64,000 nucleotides of DNA, from assembly GCA_964016885.1 (NCBI GenBank), contig CAXHJY010001010.1, positions 21,831 through 85,830 of the forward strand, given 5' to 3'. This DNA comes from Eledone cirrhosa. Lineage: Eukaryota. Below, piece after piece: positions 43,666 through 57,940 of the stretch. The stretch's first letter is position 1. Each line of letters starts with the position of its first letter. The notes beneath the pieces were generated by a model. The model saw only the letters and a program-made list of their open reading frames with translations. It had not been told where the DNA came from and made no database searches. The position numbers and the translations under genes were made by a program.

Positions 43666-44646
43666 TATATTCAATTCAATTCAATCCAGGGCTTTTTCAC
43701 TCCTACCAGAGGAACCCCTCACTGATTGACCTCCACCGTTTTCTGTTTTGGTATTGTCAGGAGTGTAGCCATATACACCATGCTTGTCCAGTTATGGGTT
43801 GGTGAGGCTATTTATCCCGGTAGCTGGGTAAATTAATTTCTGCAGCTGAGTGAACTGGAGCAATGGGAAATAATGTGTTTTGCTCAAGAACAATCTCAGG
43901 ATTATAAGCCAGACATTTTAACCACTAAACCATGCACCTTCACATATATACATATGTATATATGTTATTAAGAGTTAGAGCCTGATGGCTGAACTCTAGA
44001 CATTTTGACGGTGAATGAATAACTGAAATATTTTTCACTTGCAGCTCTTTCCAAACCTGATACATATGTATGTATATATATATATGGTAACATGTATCCC
44101 AGTACAACCTGTCTCATGGTCGGGTTGTTGGTGACTAAACTGGCAACCCCACCAAGGTTTCTTGGTGAGGAGGGTGACTTTGGATATCCTGCAGGACTAA
44201 AAACAAAACCTGTCAAAGGGCAAAGGAGCTCTTAAGAGTCAATGGCCATCCCAAATCACCGGGAGATATGACCCCTTAGCCTTTGTCAAGGCAGAATTCT
44301 AGGAGAAGGAAAATTCTGATATAACACCTGCAACCCTGATGGTATCCAATGATGTTGTCTTGTTCTTCTTTTTGGTAAATATCATCTTGGTTAAGAGAGT
44401 GGGACTGGCTTTGTGCAGTACCTTTGCTCACTATAAAAGCTTCACGGCACAGGCATTGCTTAATATCTGGAGATCTCTCTGCACTTGTCGTCACATGGTA
44501 CCATGGGCCCAGCACTAGGTGTAAATAATTGTCACAAGTGTAGTGTTTGTACCAAAGTTTTCAAGTCACACTTGTTCAGTGCATCGGTAGGGGTTCTCCT
44601 ACATGGATATAAAGTAGTGGCCGTACTCAAAAACGAGTTTGCACCA

Positions 44647-45687
<1,041 letters not shown>

Positions 45688-48095
45688 GTATGTGTGTGTG
45701 GGTGGGAGTGGGGGGTATATGTATATATATATCATATTTTAAATGCTGGAGAGAACAACAAAGATTTGTAATCACCATAACTAATCACCCTTCTCTCCTC
45801 CTGATTAGTCTACTTGCTTTTTACCTTATATGTATATACATCAAGTAATTCACATCTCGACATTGAGTGAAATAGCTCACTTATCAGTTGGTAAGCTGGT
45901 CCTGCCAACCTATAACATCTTCTGGGCCAGTGGATAACCGTGTTGATGGGGGATAGATGGGATTATAGATACTTTCCAAACTCAGAGGATGATAGTATTA
46001 CAGGCCTCTTCTGTTACGATAGATTTCTTGCAATATCTCCCTGCAATATCTTTCTAACAAAAGAAAGTAAACAAATGTTTCTGAAAATTTCATGTCATGT
46101 ATTACATCCTTAATTTTGCTGCTTACTATTATGATATCTCATGCTCTTTCTATCATATTCTGTTTTATTTTGTATTCTCTTGGAGCAATCAGAAAGAACA
46201 GTTTTTCTTACTATCATTTATTCATTTTCAAATGTTTTTATCAAATTTTAAGAAATCTAACATTCACAAACTCATGCACAAATGTTCACAGTCACACACA
46301 CCTGTGCGCTTTCACTCACAGAACCAGGCTGATGAAAAACGGTCATCTTTCATGTGTTATTTTGTCTTACTTTCTCCTTTCACTCTTTCACGTACCCTAT
46401 TCACACTCAATCTCGCTTTATCAATCCCATTCTCTTAAGCATTTTATTATATTTGATTGGTTTTTGACCAAAATAAAATCATGATGTATTATCTCTTACA
46501 GTCACACAAACACATGCACACATGCAATAGGGATTGGAAGGTTATTTAGTCAGGCTTGAACAATTTTCCAGTATTTAGCAGAAACTTTTTTGACTTTTCA
46601 TGCAAGATTATTAGAAAAATGGAAGGCTAAGTTAATTTTGCAGGCGTCGCCTTTGCTTTCCAATCTTTCTGGGTTAGATAAATAAAGTACTAATCAAGTA
46701 TTGGGGGCGATAGGATATAAACTTCTCAAAATATAAGGTTTTGATGAGGGATTAAGTTGTTTGAATGAAACAGTCTGCTTTTGAAATAAAATTTCAAGTG
46801 ATTGAATATGCTACAAATATGTAGCAATAACATAATTTTCAATGAAAAGGACATTGTGTGTTGGTTTACAAAGGGGCACTGAGTGCTAAGCAAAAAAAAA
46901 AATAAATTACATGTATATATATATATTTATAATATATATATAACCAGAAGATGATTTGGACATATTCCATTTCTAATCTTCTTTGGATTTGATGAGTAGA
47001 TTTGTCCTAGAGTCAAGCTGAATGCAAACAATTAAAGATCTGAGATGGTCATTTACAAAACATTTTATGTGTGATTATAAATAAAATATGTAGAACTGAA
47101 ACTTCAATCTCTTATTCTTAGTATATATATATATATAAGTTTTCTCAATTCTTTTGAAATTAAGACATGGCCTCTGTGCATTGTATTTGGCTAATGCCCC
47201 AATTGTACTCAGGATGTAGTAATAAAACTGTACAGTTTGGAGCAATATTATAAGTTCCCATACAAATCCGTTTATCCATTATGTAACGTATTGTGTTCAC
47301 TCTGATATGTGAATTTATATTTGCAACATACAATTTCTGTAAAATTATTGAGCATGTGGAAACCGGTGACCCTAGGTGATATCTAATTGTCTGGCATGTT
47401 ATAATTCTTGTATATATACATAGGATAAAGAGCATGGGTAAAGATCTCCTTCAGCCATGAATGCACTTGGGAATTTCCCCTCTGAGGCACAAGCCTTGAG
47501 GAAAACCAGTAGACACATATGTATATCAGTCTTGCCTCTCCATGCCTCTGATGTTTTCATAGGGAAAGGCGAAGGATATTGCAGCTTGGCACCAGTGACA
47601 TCATAGCTCATTGTTTCCATATATATATATATATATATAAATGCTGCATCTCGATTTCAAGAATTGCCATCCCTTGACCTTTTTCTCACATATGAGTGGC
47701 CCAGACATGATCTTTTAGCTCTGCAAAGGATGTAAATTCTTTTCTTCATAATCTGCAATGAAAGCAAAAAAGAAAAGGCCATGCTCTGCAACACATGTTA
47801 AAGTCATTTTCATCATGTGATGCCTGTGTTTGATGCTTTTTTTTAACTGGAGAAATGCTTTACACTAGACCAATCCCACTCTGAAAAATGGTAACAGGTA
47901 TCCGAAAAGAAGAACAGGTCAGCATGATTTGCTGTGATTGAGTCATAGGTTATACACCAGAGTTTTCCTAGAATGATGTCTTACAATAACTAGGGTCACT
48001 CACTCCCAGTGGGGTAACTGCACACTTGGGAACCAAACCCAGTTTCTCCCATGTGCCTATGCATATGTTAGTGTGTGTGTGTATATATGTGGTGT

Positions 48096-48498
48096 GTCAT
48101 CATCATCATCGTTTAACATCCATCTTCCACGCTTGCATGGGTTTGTACGGGAGTTTTCCCACTTGAGGCAAGAGTGGTTGTCTTGCTCGCATAGGACTGT
48201 CTGGTGGGTTTTCTACAGCTGGATGCCCTTCCTAACAACAACCACATTTACAGTGTGGACTGGGCGGTTTTTACTGTGTTACCTACACGGCCACATTACA
48301 GCGTGGACTGTGTGTTTTTTTGTCGTGACACCTACACGACCTCATTTTCTGTGTATGTATATATACGTCCCACCACCCCCACCCCATCCACACCGCCCCT
48401 TTCAATGTAAAGTTATGTTGGTGCTATAACATCCAGGCCGAAACAAATGGGAAAACTCCCGTGCAAACCCATGCAAGCATGGAACATGGACGTTAAAC

Positions 48499-48535
<37 letters not shown>
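48096..48535. mobile_element. Two divergent RTE-tail SINE pieces forming inverted ends
   Basis: (cat)n-gtttaac..gcttgcatgggtttg..gggagttttccca on the left and its reverse complement plus (gat)n on the right. Confidence 0.7.
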
Positions 48536-49470
48536 TGTGCGGGGGTGTGTATGCCCATGTTATGTCCTATAACTTAATGGTTTGAGAAAAAATTAGATAG
48601 TACATGGGTTGATATGATCGAATAAATTGAAACAGTGCCTTCCCCAGCTTGGCCCCAGTCCTTTAAATGAAATTAGTCAAAAAGTAAATGAAACAATATC
48701 AGTAGAAATCTTAGTCTCCCACAGCTGATATTATTCTACAACTATCAGGTGTTACTTCTGTGTATACCTGCTAAGATCTCTTTCCTCAAGAATCTTAATT
48801 CAGTCCTCCATGTTATCCCCACTAACGAAAGTTCTACACTATTGTAAAGCCAAGTACTTGTATTCTTGTGTTTTCAATATATTTCATGTCAAACAGCAAT
48901 CACAACAAAAGAAACCAAATGTGTTGGTGGTGGGCTGGAGGAGAGAAAATTGTAAGAAAAACGAATAGAAAAGGAAAATCTCTGCAAACTACTGGAACAA
49001 TCTTTGAATTTCTAGCAGGAGTCTGAGATATTGATTTCATTTGTACGTCATGGAAATCTATTGAAAAGATTCCATTGTATCCTGAGGGGCAGGGTGAAAG
49101 TAACTTGATAAACAGGAAGCATGCTGGGGGATAGATGACTATAGTTGGATCTTATCTTTTAATTATAGTTTTATAAATTGATGTCAATTACTAAATATGA
49201 ACATTTATTTGTGGGCTTGTCTTCATTTTGATATGTATGTTTAGATGGCCTTTCGTATCAATTGACGCAATAGGGTGTGTGTGTGTGCGCGCGCTCGCCC
49301 GCGCGGGTGTGTGTGTGTGTGTGTGTGTGTGTATACCAATTATACTGTGAAAATGTTTGTTTTTATAGGTTTGTACAAAGTTTAGTGTAGGTGTGTGTAT
49401 ATAAGTATAATCTTGCTTGTTAATTTCTATATGTATACTAATGTGCATATGATTTTGCCTCCATATATAA

Positions 49471-49505
<35 letters not shown>

Positions 49506-49656
49506 TGTGTATCTGTGTATTCATGCATTTACATATAGTATCATTGTATATAATTGTGCACAAGCATATGAGTGTGTGCATCTGATCACATATAAAATTG
49601 TGTATATGAAAGAGATAAACATATGCGTGTTTATATTTTCTCTTTGCGTGTATGTG

Positions 49657-49709
<53 letters not shown>

Positions 49710-51898
49710 CTGTGTGGGTGTGTGTATGTTTATGCTCTTGATGTACAGAAATTATGAATTTATGCTGGAGGTGAGTGAAGTGGAAATGTTTACTGAAAAG
49801 CCACACTGGGTCCTGCAGGCTTGATACTGCATGCAGTATTTAACATGCTAGTTAATAGGCTTGCAATACAAATCCTGATGTATGCCACATTAATTCTAGT
49901 GAGCACATTTATCCCTTACTATAAATGCATGATAAAAGAGATCTCTCCTGAATACAAAAGGAGGAAGAGTCTTAAATCGACAATCTCATGGAGGCATTCA
50001 CATTGAAGGTAAATAAAATCTGACACTGAGTGATCATTGATTCAATAAATTCTTTTGTGTTGAGCTGGACAGAACTTTACTACAGTGATAGATTGATGCC
50101 AACCAGACTTGGCACTTCTAGGTGCTGAATTGAAAATCAGTTGACCAAACCAACTTGGAATAACAGAATTATATTACAAGGGGATTCATATATTTGCATG
50201 AATGCATGTATGCACTGTCACACACATGCACACATTTATATTTGCAAGCTTACAAACAGATAAAGGGTTATATAAACTGACATATTTACATATATTCCTT
50301 ATTTGTCATTGATGCTGGTTCAAATTCTATTAACTAACCAATGATCTATTAACTGTCAAGCTACCGATTATTCAATCATCATAGAGAAGTGGTCAAAATA
50401 TTGCTTAATCCATCTGACTAAATATCCGTATAGCTCTGTTTGTGTTTTTATAATATCTCATAACAGAGAGTACTAAAGGGAATTAAGCTTATGTCCAGTG
50501 GATATAAGCCAAATTATGTAACCAAATAGCATTTTGCCACCTCACTTACAAAATCAGAAGCCTACAATTGTGTAGGTGATTCTATGCAGTTTATCAACCT
50601 ACTAGAAAAAGCAGCCAAACCCCCTTAAAATCAAATATAAAATGGTGAATGATAAATTTAGTTATACAGTCTTGCATTGTATGTTGCCTGATGTTTAAAA
50701 ATTGTAATGGTCATGGATGAAACACTTTTGATTATAGGTTTGTTGAATGAGGCCTGTTCGGGTGTTGAACAACAAAAACAACAACAACCTTAACTGAGTA
50801 ATCTATTTCTTCAAACACCTAAGTACCTAATTCTATAAGTAATAGATATCAAACTGATCTAATAGTTTTGTACATAGGTTAGAAACAATTATGATTGTAT
50901 TGGCAGAATATTTAGTGTATTACACAAAATTGCTGGTAGTATTTAGTTTTAAAGAATCTCGAGCCCGGAGGCATATCAAGCTAGTACTTATCATGGTTTC
51001 TGGGGTATTAAGTGACTGAGAATTCATGACTCCTGCTGGACAGAACAATAGGTCATTGCAGGGATTAAGTCCATTTACAAACAGCTCAGTATTATTTTCT
51101 ACTTCCAAAGGACTCCTCTGGTGAAGGAATTTGCTTCCAATGCTGGATAACTTCATTTATTAAGTTAATTAATACTGTTTCTTAATTCATGAAGCTGCAG
51201 TTAAGGATAAAAACTCCCTTTTATTAGTTAGTTTTGCTTGTATTCTACCCGACGTAGAATTTGGTATAGGTTAAACTAAGGTTATATGCTTCTCTGATTT
51301 AGATACCTTTAGCTATCTTTTCATTGAGATGTTCAGTATATTAGGGCCAAATAACTTTTTCCTTTTCTCTGTTTGATATATATATACATATTACCATGTC
51401 CCACCTTCCACTAACATTATCTAACAGATATTGTCAACATCACCACACCACCCCTTCTACATGCTTACCCATCCCCCCAGCACTCCCTAGCAGCAGCATC
51501 AACATCACTATATGTATTCATCCCTCAGTTGCTGTCTTCCCCCACCCTAAAACCCTTAGGCACCATAATTATCACACCCAAATAACTAATTACTTCACCC
51601 TACCCATGCCCCTACACTATCACTCCTTTATTACTTTCTCCATCACTACACTTCTGGCTTCTAGCACTGAGTGTTGTCATCTCCTTGAGAAAAAACAAAA
51701 CAAAAAAAAAGGGGTCTGAAAGACATATTAGTTTGTGTTAAAGGACATGACAACTTCTCCTGTACACTTGATAGACCATATGACTGTATGTAAGTGAGAT
51801 ACAGACCACATGGTCCTACTGTCAGTAACATTGCTTCAGTACTGACTTTATTTATGTAGACCAATCTAACTGTTGCTAGCAGGGATATATATATATAT

Positions 51899-52194
51899 CA
51901 TCATCATTTCATTTTACGTCCGCTTTTCCCTGCCTGCAAGGGTGGGACGGGAACTGATTCTGGCTTGATTTCGACAGCTGGATGCCCTTCCTAACACCAA
52001 CCTCATTTACAGTGAGTGGTGGGTGCTTTTTTGCCGTGGCACCTACACGACCACTCTGCTGAGTAAACTGGAGCAATGTGAAATAAAGTGTCTTGCTCAA
52101 GGAAACAACACATCTCCCGGTCTGAGAATTGAACTGACAACATTTCGATTGCAAGATTGCAAGGCCAATGCTCTAACCACTAAGCCATGTGCCT

Positions 52195-52196
<2 letters not shown>
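51899..52196 (-). mobile_element. tRNA-derived SINE, same family as 40431-40776
   Basis: Near-identical head, body and tail. Confidence 0.85.
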
Positions 52197-52253
<57 letters not shown>

Positions 52254-52264
52254 AATGTATATAT

Positions 52265-52319
<55 letters not shown>

Positions 52320-52409
52320 GTCCTATGCGGGCAAGACAACCACTCTTGCCTCAAGTGGGAAAACCCCCGTCCAAACCCATGCAAGCGTGGAACACGGACG
52401 CTAAACCTT

Positions 52410-52441
<32 letters not shown>

Positions 52442-52610
52442 ATAACGAAACGAAATGTAATTTCGTTTCTGTATTTGTTTTTATCGTCTCCGTTGAACCG
52501 GTACGTACTCACACTCTATGCAAATTAGTCTGCCCACTACTAATATTCATAGAAAAAGCATATAACGATATGTGCTTTTACGATTCTCCAGAAAGGCCGG
52601 AAGATAGGTA

Positions 52611-52655
52611 AATATTGCTGATGAGTTGTAACAACAACGAAACTAGTTCAATATT
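52611..52655 (+). ncRNA. Family B hammerhead, unit 1
   Basis: aauauug-CUGAUGA-guug-uaacaa-caac-GAAA-cuag-UU-caauauu. Confidence 0.9.
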
Positions 52656-53076
52656 CCTTGTCTGGCTTTCTGGAGAATAGAGGAAAGGTGTTTCCTCAAA
52701 AACCAGTATGACTCTAAAAACCGGTTTGTCTGTGTGTTTACATACAGAATAGCTGGATACTCACAGTAAAGTGACCAGTGAAAAACTTGGTACATCTACA
52801 TATGTATACGTGTGTGTGTTCATATGCATACTAGTATTTCAGTATACATATGTGGATGTACATTTTTAACTTAATTGTTTAAGCGTCAGTCATACAAAAG
52901 TGAGTTACAAACGAAACGAAATGTAATTTCGTTTCGTTATTTGTTTTTATCGTCTCCGTTGAACCGGTACGTACTCACACTCTATGCAAATTAGTCTGCC
53001 CACTACTAATTTTCATAGAAAAAGCATATAACGATATGTGCTTTTACGATTCTCCAGAAAGGCCGGAAGATAGGTA

Positions 53077-53121
53077 AATATTGCTGATGAGTTGTAACAA
53101 CAACGAAACTAGTTCAATATT
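53077..53121 (+). ncRNA. Family B hammerhead, unit 2
   Basis: Identical to unit 1. Confidence 0.9.
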
Positions 53122-53542
53122 CCTTGTCTGGCTTTGTGGAGAATAGAGGAAAGGTGTTTCCTCAAAAACCAGTATGACTCTAAAAACCGGTTTGTCTGTG
53201 TGTTTACATACAGAATAGCTGGATACTCACAGTAAAGTGACCAGTGAAAAACTTGGTACATCTACATATGTATACGTGTGTGTATTCATATGCATACTAG
53301 TATTTCAGTATACATATGTGGATGTACATTTTTAACTTAATTGTTTAAGCGTCAGTCATACAAAAGTGAGTTACAAACGAAACGAAATGTAATTTCGATT
53401 CGTTATTTGTTTTTATCGTCTCCGTTGAACCGGTACGTACTCACACTCTATGCAAATTAGTCTGCCCACTACTAATTTTCATAGAAAAAGCATATAACGA
53501 TATGTGCTTTTACGATTCTCCAGAAAGGCCGGAAGATAGGTA

Positions 53543-53587
53543 AATATTGCTGATGAGATGTAACAACAACGAAACTAGTTCAATATT
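53543..53587 (+). ncRNA. Family B hammerhead, unit 3
   Basis: One stem II mismatch (gaug for guug). Confidence 0.85.
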
Positions 53588-53875
53588 CCTTGTCTGGCTT
53601 TCTGGAGAATAGAGGAAAGGTGTTTCCTCAAAAACCAGTATGACTCTAAAAACCGGTTTGTCTGTGTGTTTACATACAGAATAGCTGGACACTCACAGTA
53701 AAGTGACCAGTGAAAAACTTGGTACATCTACATATGTATACGTGTGTGTATTCATATGCATACTAGTATTTCAGTATACATATGTGGATGTACATTTTTA
53801 ACTTAATTGTTTAAGCGTCAGTCATACAAAAGTGAGTTACAAACGAAACGAAATGTAATTTCGTTTCGTTATTTG

Positions 53876-53924
<49 letters not shown>

Positions 53925-53926
<2 letters not shown>

Positions 53927-54561
53927 CATCATCATCATCACCATCATTTGACGTCCGTGTTCCACGCTTGCATGGGTTTGGATGGGGGTATTCCCACTTG
54001 AGGCAAGAGTGATTGTCTTGCTCGCATAGGACTGTCTGGCAGGTTTTCTACAGTTGGATGCCCTTCCTAACACCAACCACATTTACAGTGTGGGTCTGGG
54101 AGGTTTTTACCGTGTTGCCTGCACGGCCACATTACAGCGTGGACTGTGTGTTTTTTTGTTGTGACACCTACACGATCTCATTTGTTTCGGCCTGGATGGT
54201 GTGGCACCAACATAACTTTACATAGGAGGGGGTGGTGTGGATGGGGTGGGGGTGGTGGGACGGGGGTGTATTTTGTTAGAGATGCCTACTGGCTGTAGTA
54301 GGTTTTACTATGTATTTAGGTAAGGCGGGTCTTCTCTATTACTGAGTACCGCCAAAGGTCTCGGTCCAGTGACATTGTCTTGGAGAGGTGTAAGTGTGTG
54401 AGGTCGGAGTTTATCAGCTCGTCCCAGGTTTTTCTAGGTCTGCCTATTCCGTGGCTACCGTCTATCTTTATTGCCCTGCACTTTGTTATACAGCTATCGA
54501 CTTTCATGCGCATCACGTGTCCATACCAACGTAGCCTTCTCTCGAGTAAACAACATCTGAT

Positions 54562-54565
<4 letters not shown>
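53925..54565 (-). mobile_element. RTE LINE 3' fragment with long 3' UTR or SINE-like tail
   Basis: ERRLRWYGHVMRM..GRPRKTW on the minus strand, then a tail ending in (atg)n. Confidence 0.8.
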
Positions 54566-54614
<49 letters not shown>

Positions 54615-54615
<1 letters not shown>

Positions 54616-57600
54616 ATAAATTTTTATGACCATGCTGTAAAATGGAGGGGTAGAGAGGGCCCTTGAGTCTAGTAAGACATCCTCTCTAGTGCTGGTGGCA
54701 CAGTCCATGCTGTAAAGTGGCGCTGGTGTTAGGAAGGGCATCCAACCAGTGTATCATAGCCAAAACGCTTATCAGCACAGCAACAAATAGGAACAACAAA
54801 ATATGAAGACGTCGCATCTCAGAGTTTCAACACTTAATGTTGGCACTCTCAGAGGTAGATCTGCTGAAATAGCGGAGATGCTGGAAAGAAGGCAGGTGGA
54901 TATGTGCTGCGTGCAAGAGGTGAGATGGAGAGGTGCCTCTGCGAGACTAGTCGTAGGCAAACGTCTTAGCTATAAGCTATTCTAGGTAGGTAAGGATGAT
55001 GGGTTAGGGGAAGTAGGCATTTTCCTGGTTGAGAAATGGATCAATAAGACAATAGAGGTAGTTCGAGTTAGTAATCGAATAATTAAGCTTAGATTAGTTG
55101 TAGGTAGGAGACTACTGACAATCATCGCGGCCTATGCTCCCCAAGCAGGCCTAGGCAAAGATGAGAAAGAATGCTTTTATGAGCAACTTTTGCAAACAAC
55201 CGCAATGACAGAGGACGGAGACATCAATATGCTAGCAGGAGACTTCAATGGTCATGTTGGAAAGCTCCAGGATGGTTACACTGGGGTACATGGTGGGTAC
55301 GGTTACAGTTCAAGAAATGAAGAAGGAGTGAAACTTCTTGAATTTTGTGATGCAGGTACATTGACTATTTGCAACACAAACTTCCAGAAACCTGCCAATC
55401 ACCTAATAACCTACAAATCTGGTGAACACATAAGCCAGATTTACTTCTTACTAGTTAGGCAGTGGGACAGGTAGATAGTGTGTAATACCAAGGCATACCC
55501 TGGGGAAGAATGTACCCCACAGCATAGGTTAGTTGTTAGTGATATCTCAGTAAGCAAGAGATGGAATGAGACATATAGGAAGGTGTGGAGAAGAAAGGTC
55601 TGGAAGCTAAAAGACCTTTCACTAAAATACAAATTTAGGATAGCCCTTCTACATGTATATGACGAAAAAGAAGACGATTTAGAGACGTATGACAGAGATA
55701 ATAACTGGAATTTCTTACGTGACAACTTGCTGCAGGCTACTGATGAAACTTGTGGCTGGGGCAGAGCTCCAACCAGATAGGGAGTGACCTGGTGGTGGAA
55801 CAGCACAGTAGATAAGGCTATTAGAGACAAAAGACTAGCATGGAAAGCTTGGAAAAAGGGTGGGAGTAGGGAAGAATATACAGCCATTAAGAGAGAAGCT
55901 AGACGTCAAGTGCACTTAGCACGCAGGAAGGCAGAGAGTAGGAGGTTTGCCAATGGTCTGCGACGGGAAGATCAGAGGCGTGCGGTGTTCCACATTGCAA
56001 GGCAGTGTGTCAATGCAAATCAGGATGTTGTTGGAGATAAATGTGTCCGGGATGATGCCGGTGTACTTAGTGTCACGAATGATCAGAAAAAGGAGGCCTG
56101 GAAAAGTCATTAGGGAGACTGATGAATGTGGAGAACAAATGGGAGAGAGAGAAATTACCCTTGGTAGATCCGACAGAGGGACCAGCTATTGAGATTGACG
56201 AATATAGGGTCCAAGAGGCGATTAGGGAAATGAAAAATGGTAAGGCTGCCGGACCATCGGGAATAGTTGCTGAGATGCTGAAGGCATCAGGGGACGTAGG
56301 CACTAAACTGGTTGCACGCATCATCAATCAGGCTATATATGGTGGTGTCATACCCAAAGACTGGTGCAGCAATATTCTCATAAATTGCTACAAAGGTAAA
56401 GGGGATGCTCTGGAGAGGAGCAATTATAGGGGTATAAAACTGATAGATCAGGTTATGAAAGTGGCAGAAAGGATTTTAGCACAACTAATTAGAGAAAGGG
56501 TCAAACCAGATGAGATGCAGTTTGGTTTTGTGCCTGGGAAGAGTACAACAGATGCCCTCTTCTTGGTGAGACAATTACAAGAGAGGTTCTTAGAGAAGAA
56601 TAAGCCACTATACTTAGCCTTTGTTGACCTAGAGAAGGCCTTTGATAGGGTACCCCAATCTGTCATCTGGTGGTCCCTAAGGAAGCTAGGTGTTGAGGAA
56701 TGGCTTGTGAGGACAGTGCAAACTTTGTACAGAGGTACTCTCAGTAAAGTCAGGGTAGGAATGGAGTTTAGTGAGGAATTCCAGATACAAGTATGAGTAC
56801 ATCAGGGTTCAGTCCTCAGCCCGCTCTTGTTCATTATAGTCCTCCAAGCCATAACAGAGGAGTTTAAGACTGGCTGTCCATGGGAACTTTTCTATGCTGA
56901 CGATCTGGTTCTTATAGCAGAATCAGTAGAGGAGCTAGAGAATAAATTCAGGCTATGGAAACAGCAGTTGGAAGCAAGAGGACTGAGAGTGAATCTAGCT
57001 AAGACAAAAGTGTTGATGAGTAGAAAAGAGGACAAAACCATGAATCCGTCAAGGAAATGGCCATGTTCGATATGCAGAAAAGGAACTGGCATAAATTCTA
57101 TAAAATGCACATAATGCAGATCCTGGGTACACAAGAGATGTAGCGCGATAGCAGGCAAACTAACAGGTAAGGAAAAATATGTATGCAGTAGATGTACAGG
57201 GAAATTAGACAGTAGAAGTCGCATTGATAGACACATTTTTCAAATACAGGAGGGCGCTATAGAAGTGGTGGATAGCTTCCAGTACCTAGGAGATCAGATT
57301 AGCATGGGAGGAGGGTGTTCCGAGGCCATAGTATCTAGAATAAGGACGGGTTGGAAGAAGTTTAGGGAGCTGCTTCCTCTGTTGACGAAGAAGGGTTTTT
57401 CCCTGCGTACGAAAGGCCGGTTGTATGATGCCTGTGTGAGGAGCGCGATGCTGCATGGTAGTGAGACATGGGCAGCAACTGCAGAGGATATGCGACGGCT
57501 GGAGAGAAATGAAGCAAGCATGCTCCGTTGGATGTGCAGTGTAAGTGTGCGTGAACGACCCAGCATAAACGTTTTGAGAGAGAAACTGTGTCTGAGAGGG

Positions 57601-57898
57601 ATAGAATGTAGTGTACGGGAGAGGAGACTGAGGTGGTATGGACATGTGATGCGCATGGAGGATGACCGATGGGTGAAGAAGTGCCAGGAAATGCCAGTTG
57701 AAGGAAGACGTGGTAGAGGTAGACCACGAAAAACATGGGCGGAGGTGGTGAGAACAGACCTCAGATCATTGAAGCTCATGGTGGTGGAGATGACGAAGGA
57801 GCATGACGAGTGGAGAGATGCTGTGCTGAATAAGACCCATCCCACCCTTGCAAGCAGGGAAAAGCAGACGTAAAATGATGATGATGGTGGTGATGATG

Positions 57899-57900
<2 letters not shown>
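54615..57900 (+). mobile_element. Near full-length RTE-clade LINE (APE + RT + Cys/His finger), inactivated by stop codons
   Basis: TLNVGTL..VQEVRW, AYAP, GDFNGH, TPQH; NYRGIKL, QFGF, DLEKAFD, YADD; RLRWYGHV, GRPRKTW; (ATG)n tail; flanked by (TA)n. Confidence 0.95.
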
Positions 57901-57939
<39 letters not shown>

Positions 57940-57940
57940 G

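Larger units (their letters stand above)
52437..53880 (+). mobile_element. Head-to-tail array of three 466-bp non-coding HHR monomers (family B, retrozyme-like)
   Basis: acgaaacgaaatgtaatttcg at 52445, 52911, 53377 and 53843; units nearly identical; one HHR each; ends in (TA)n. Confidence 0.92.

Noticed and set aside
47160-51156. Short non-repetitive ORFs (47160-47435, 50920-51156) as host exons
   Set aside because: No recognisable domain or consistent splice frame.
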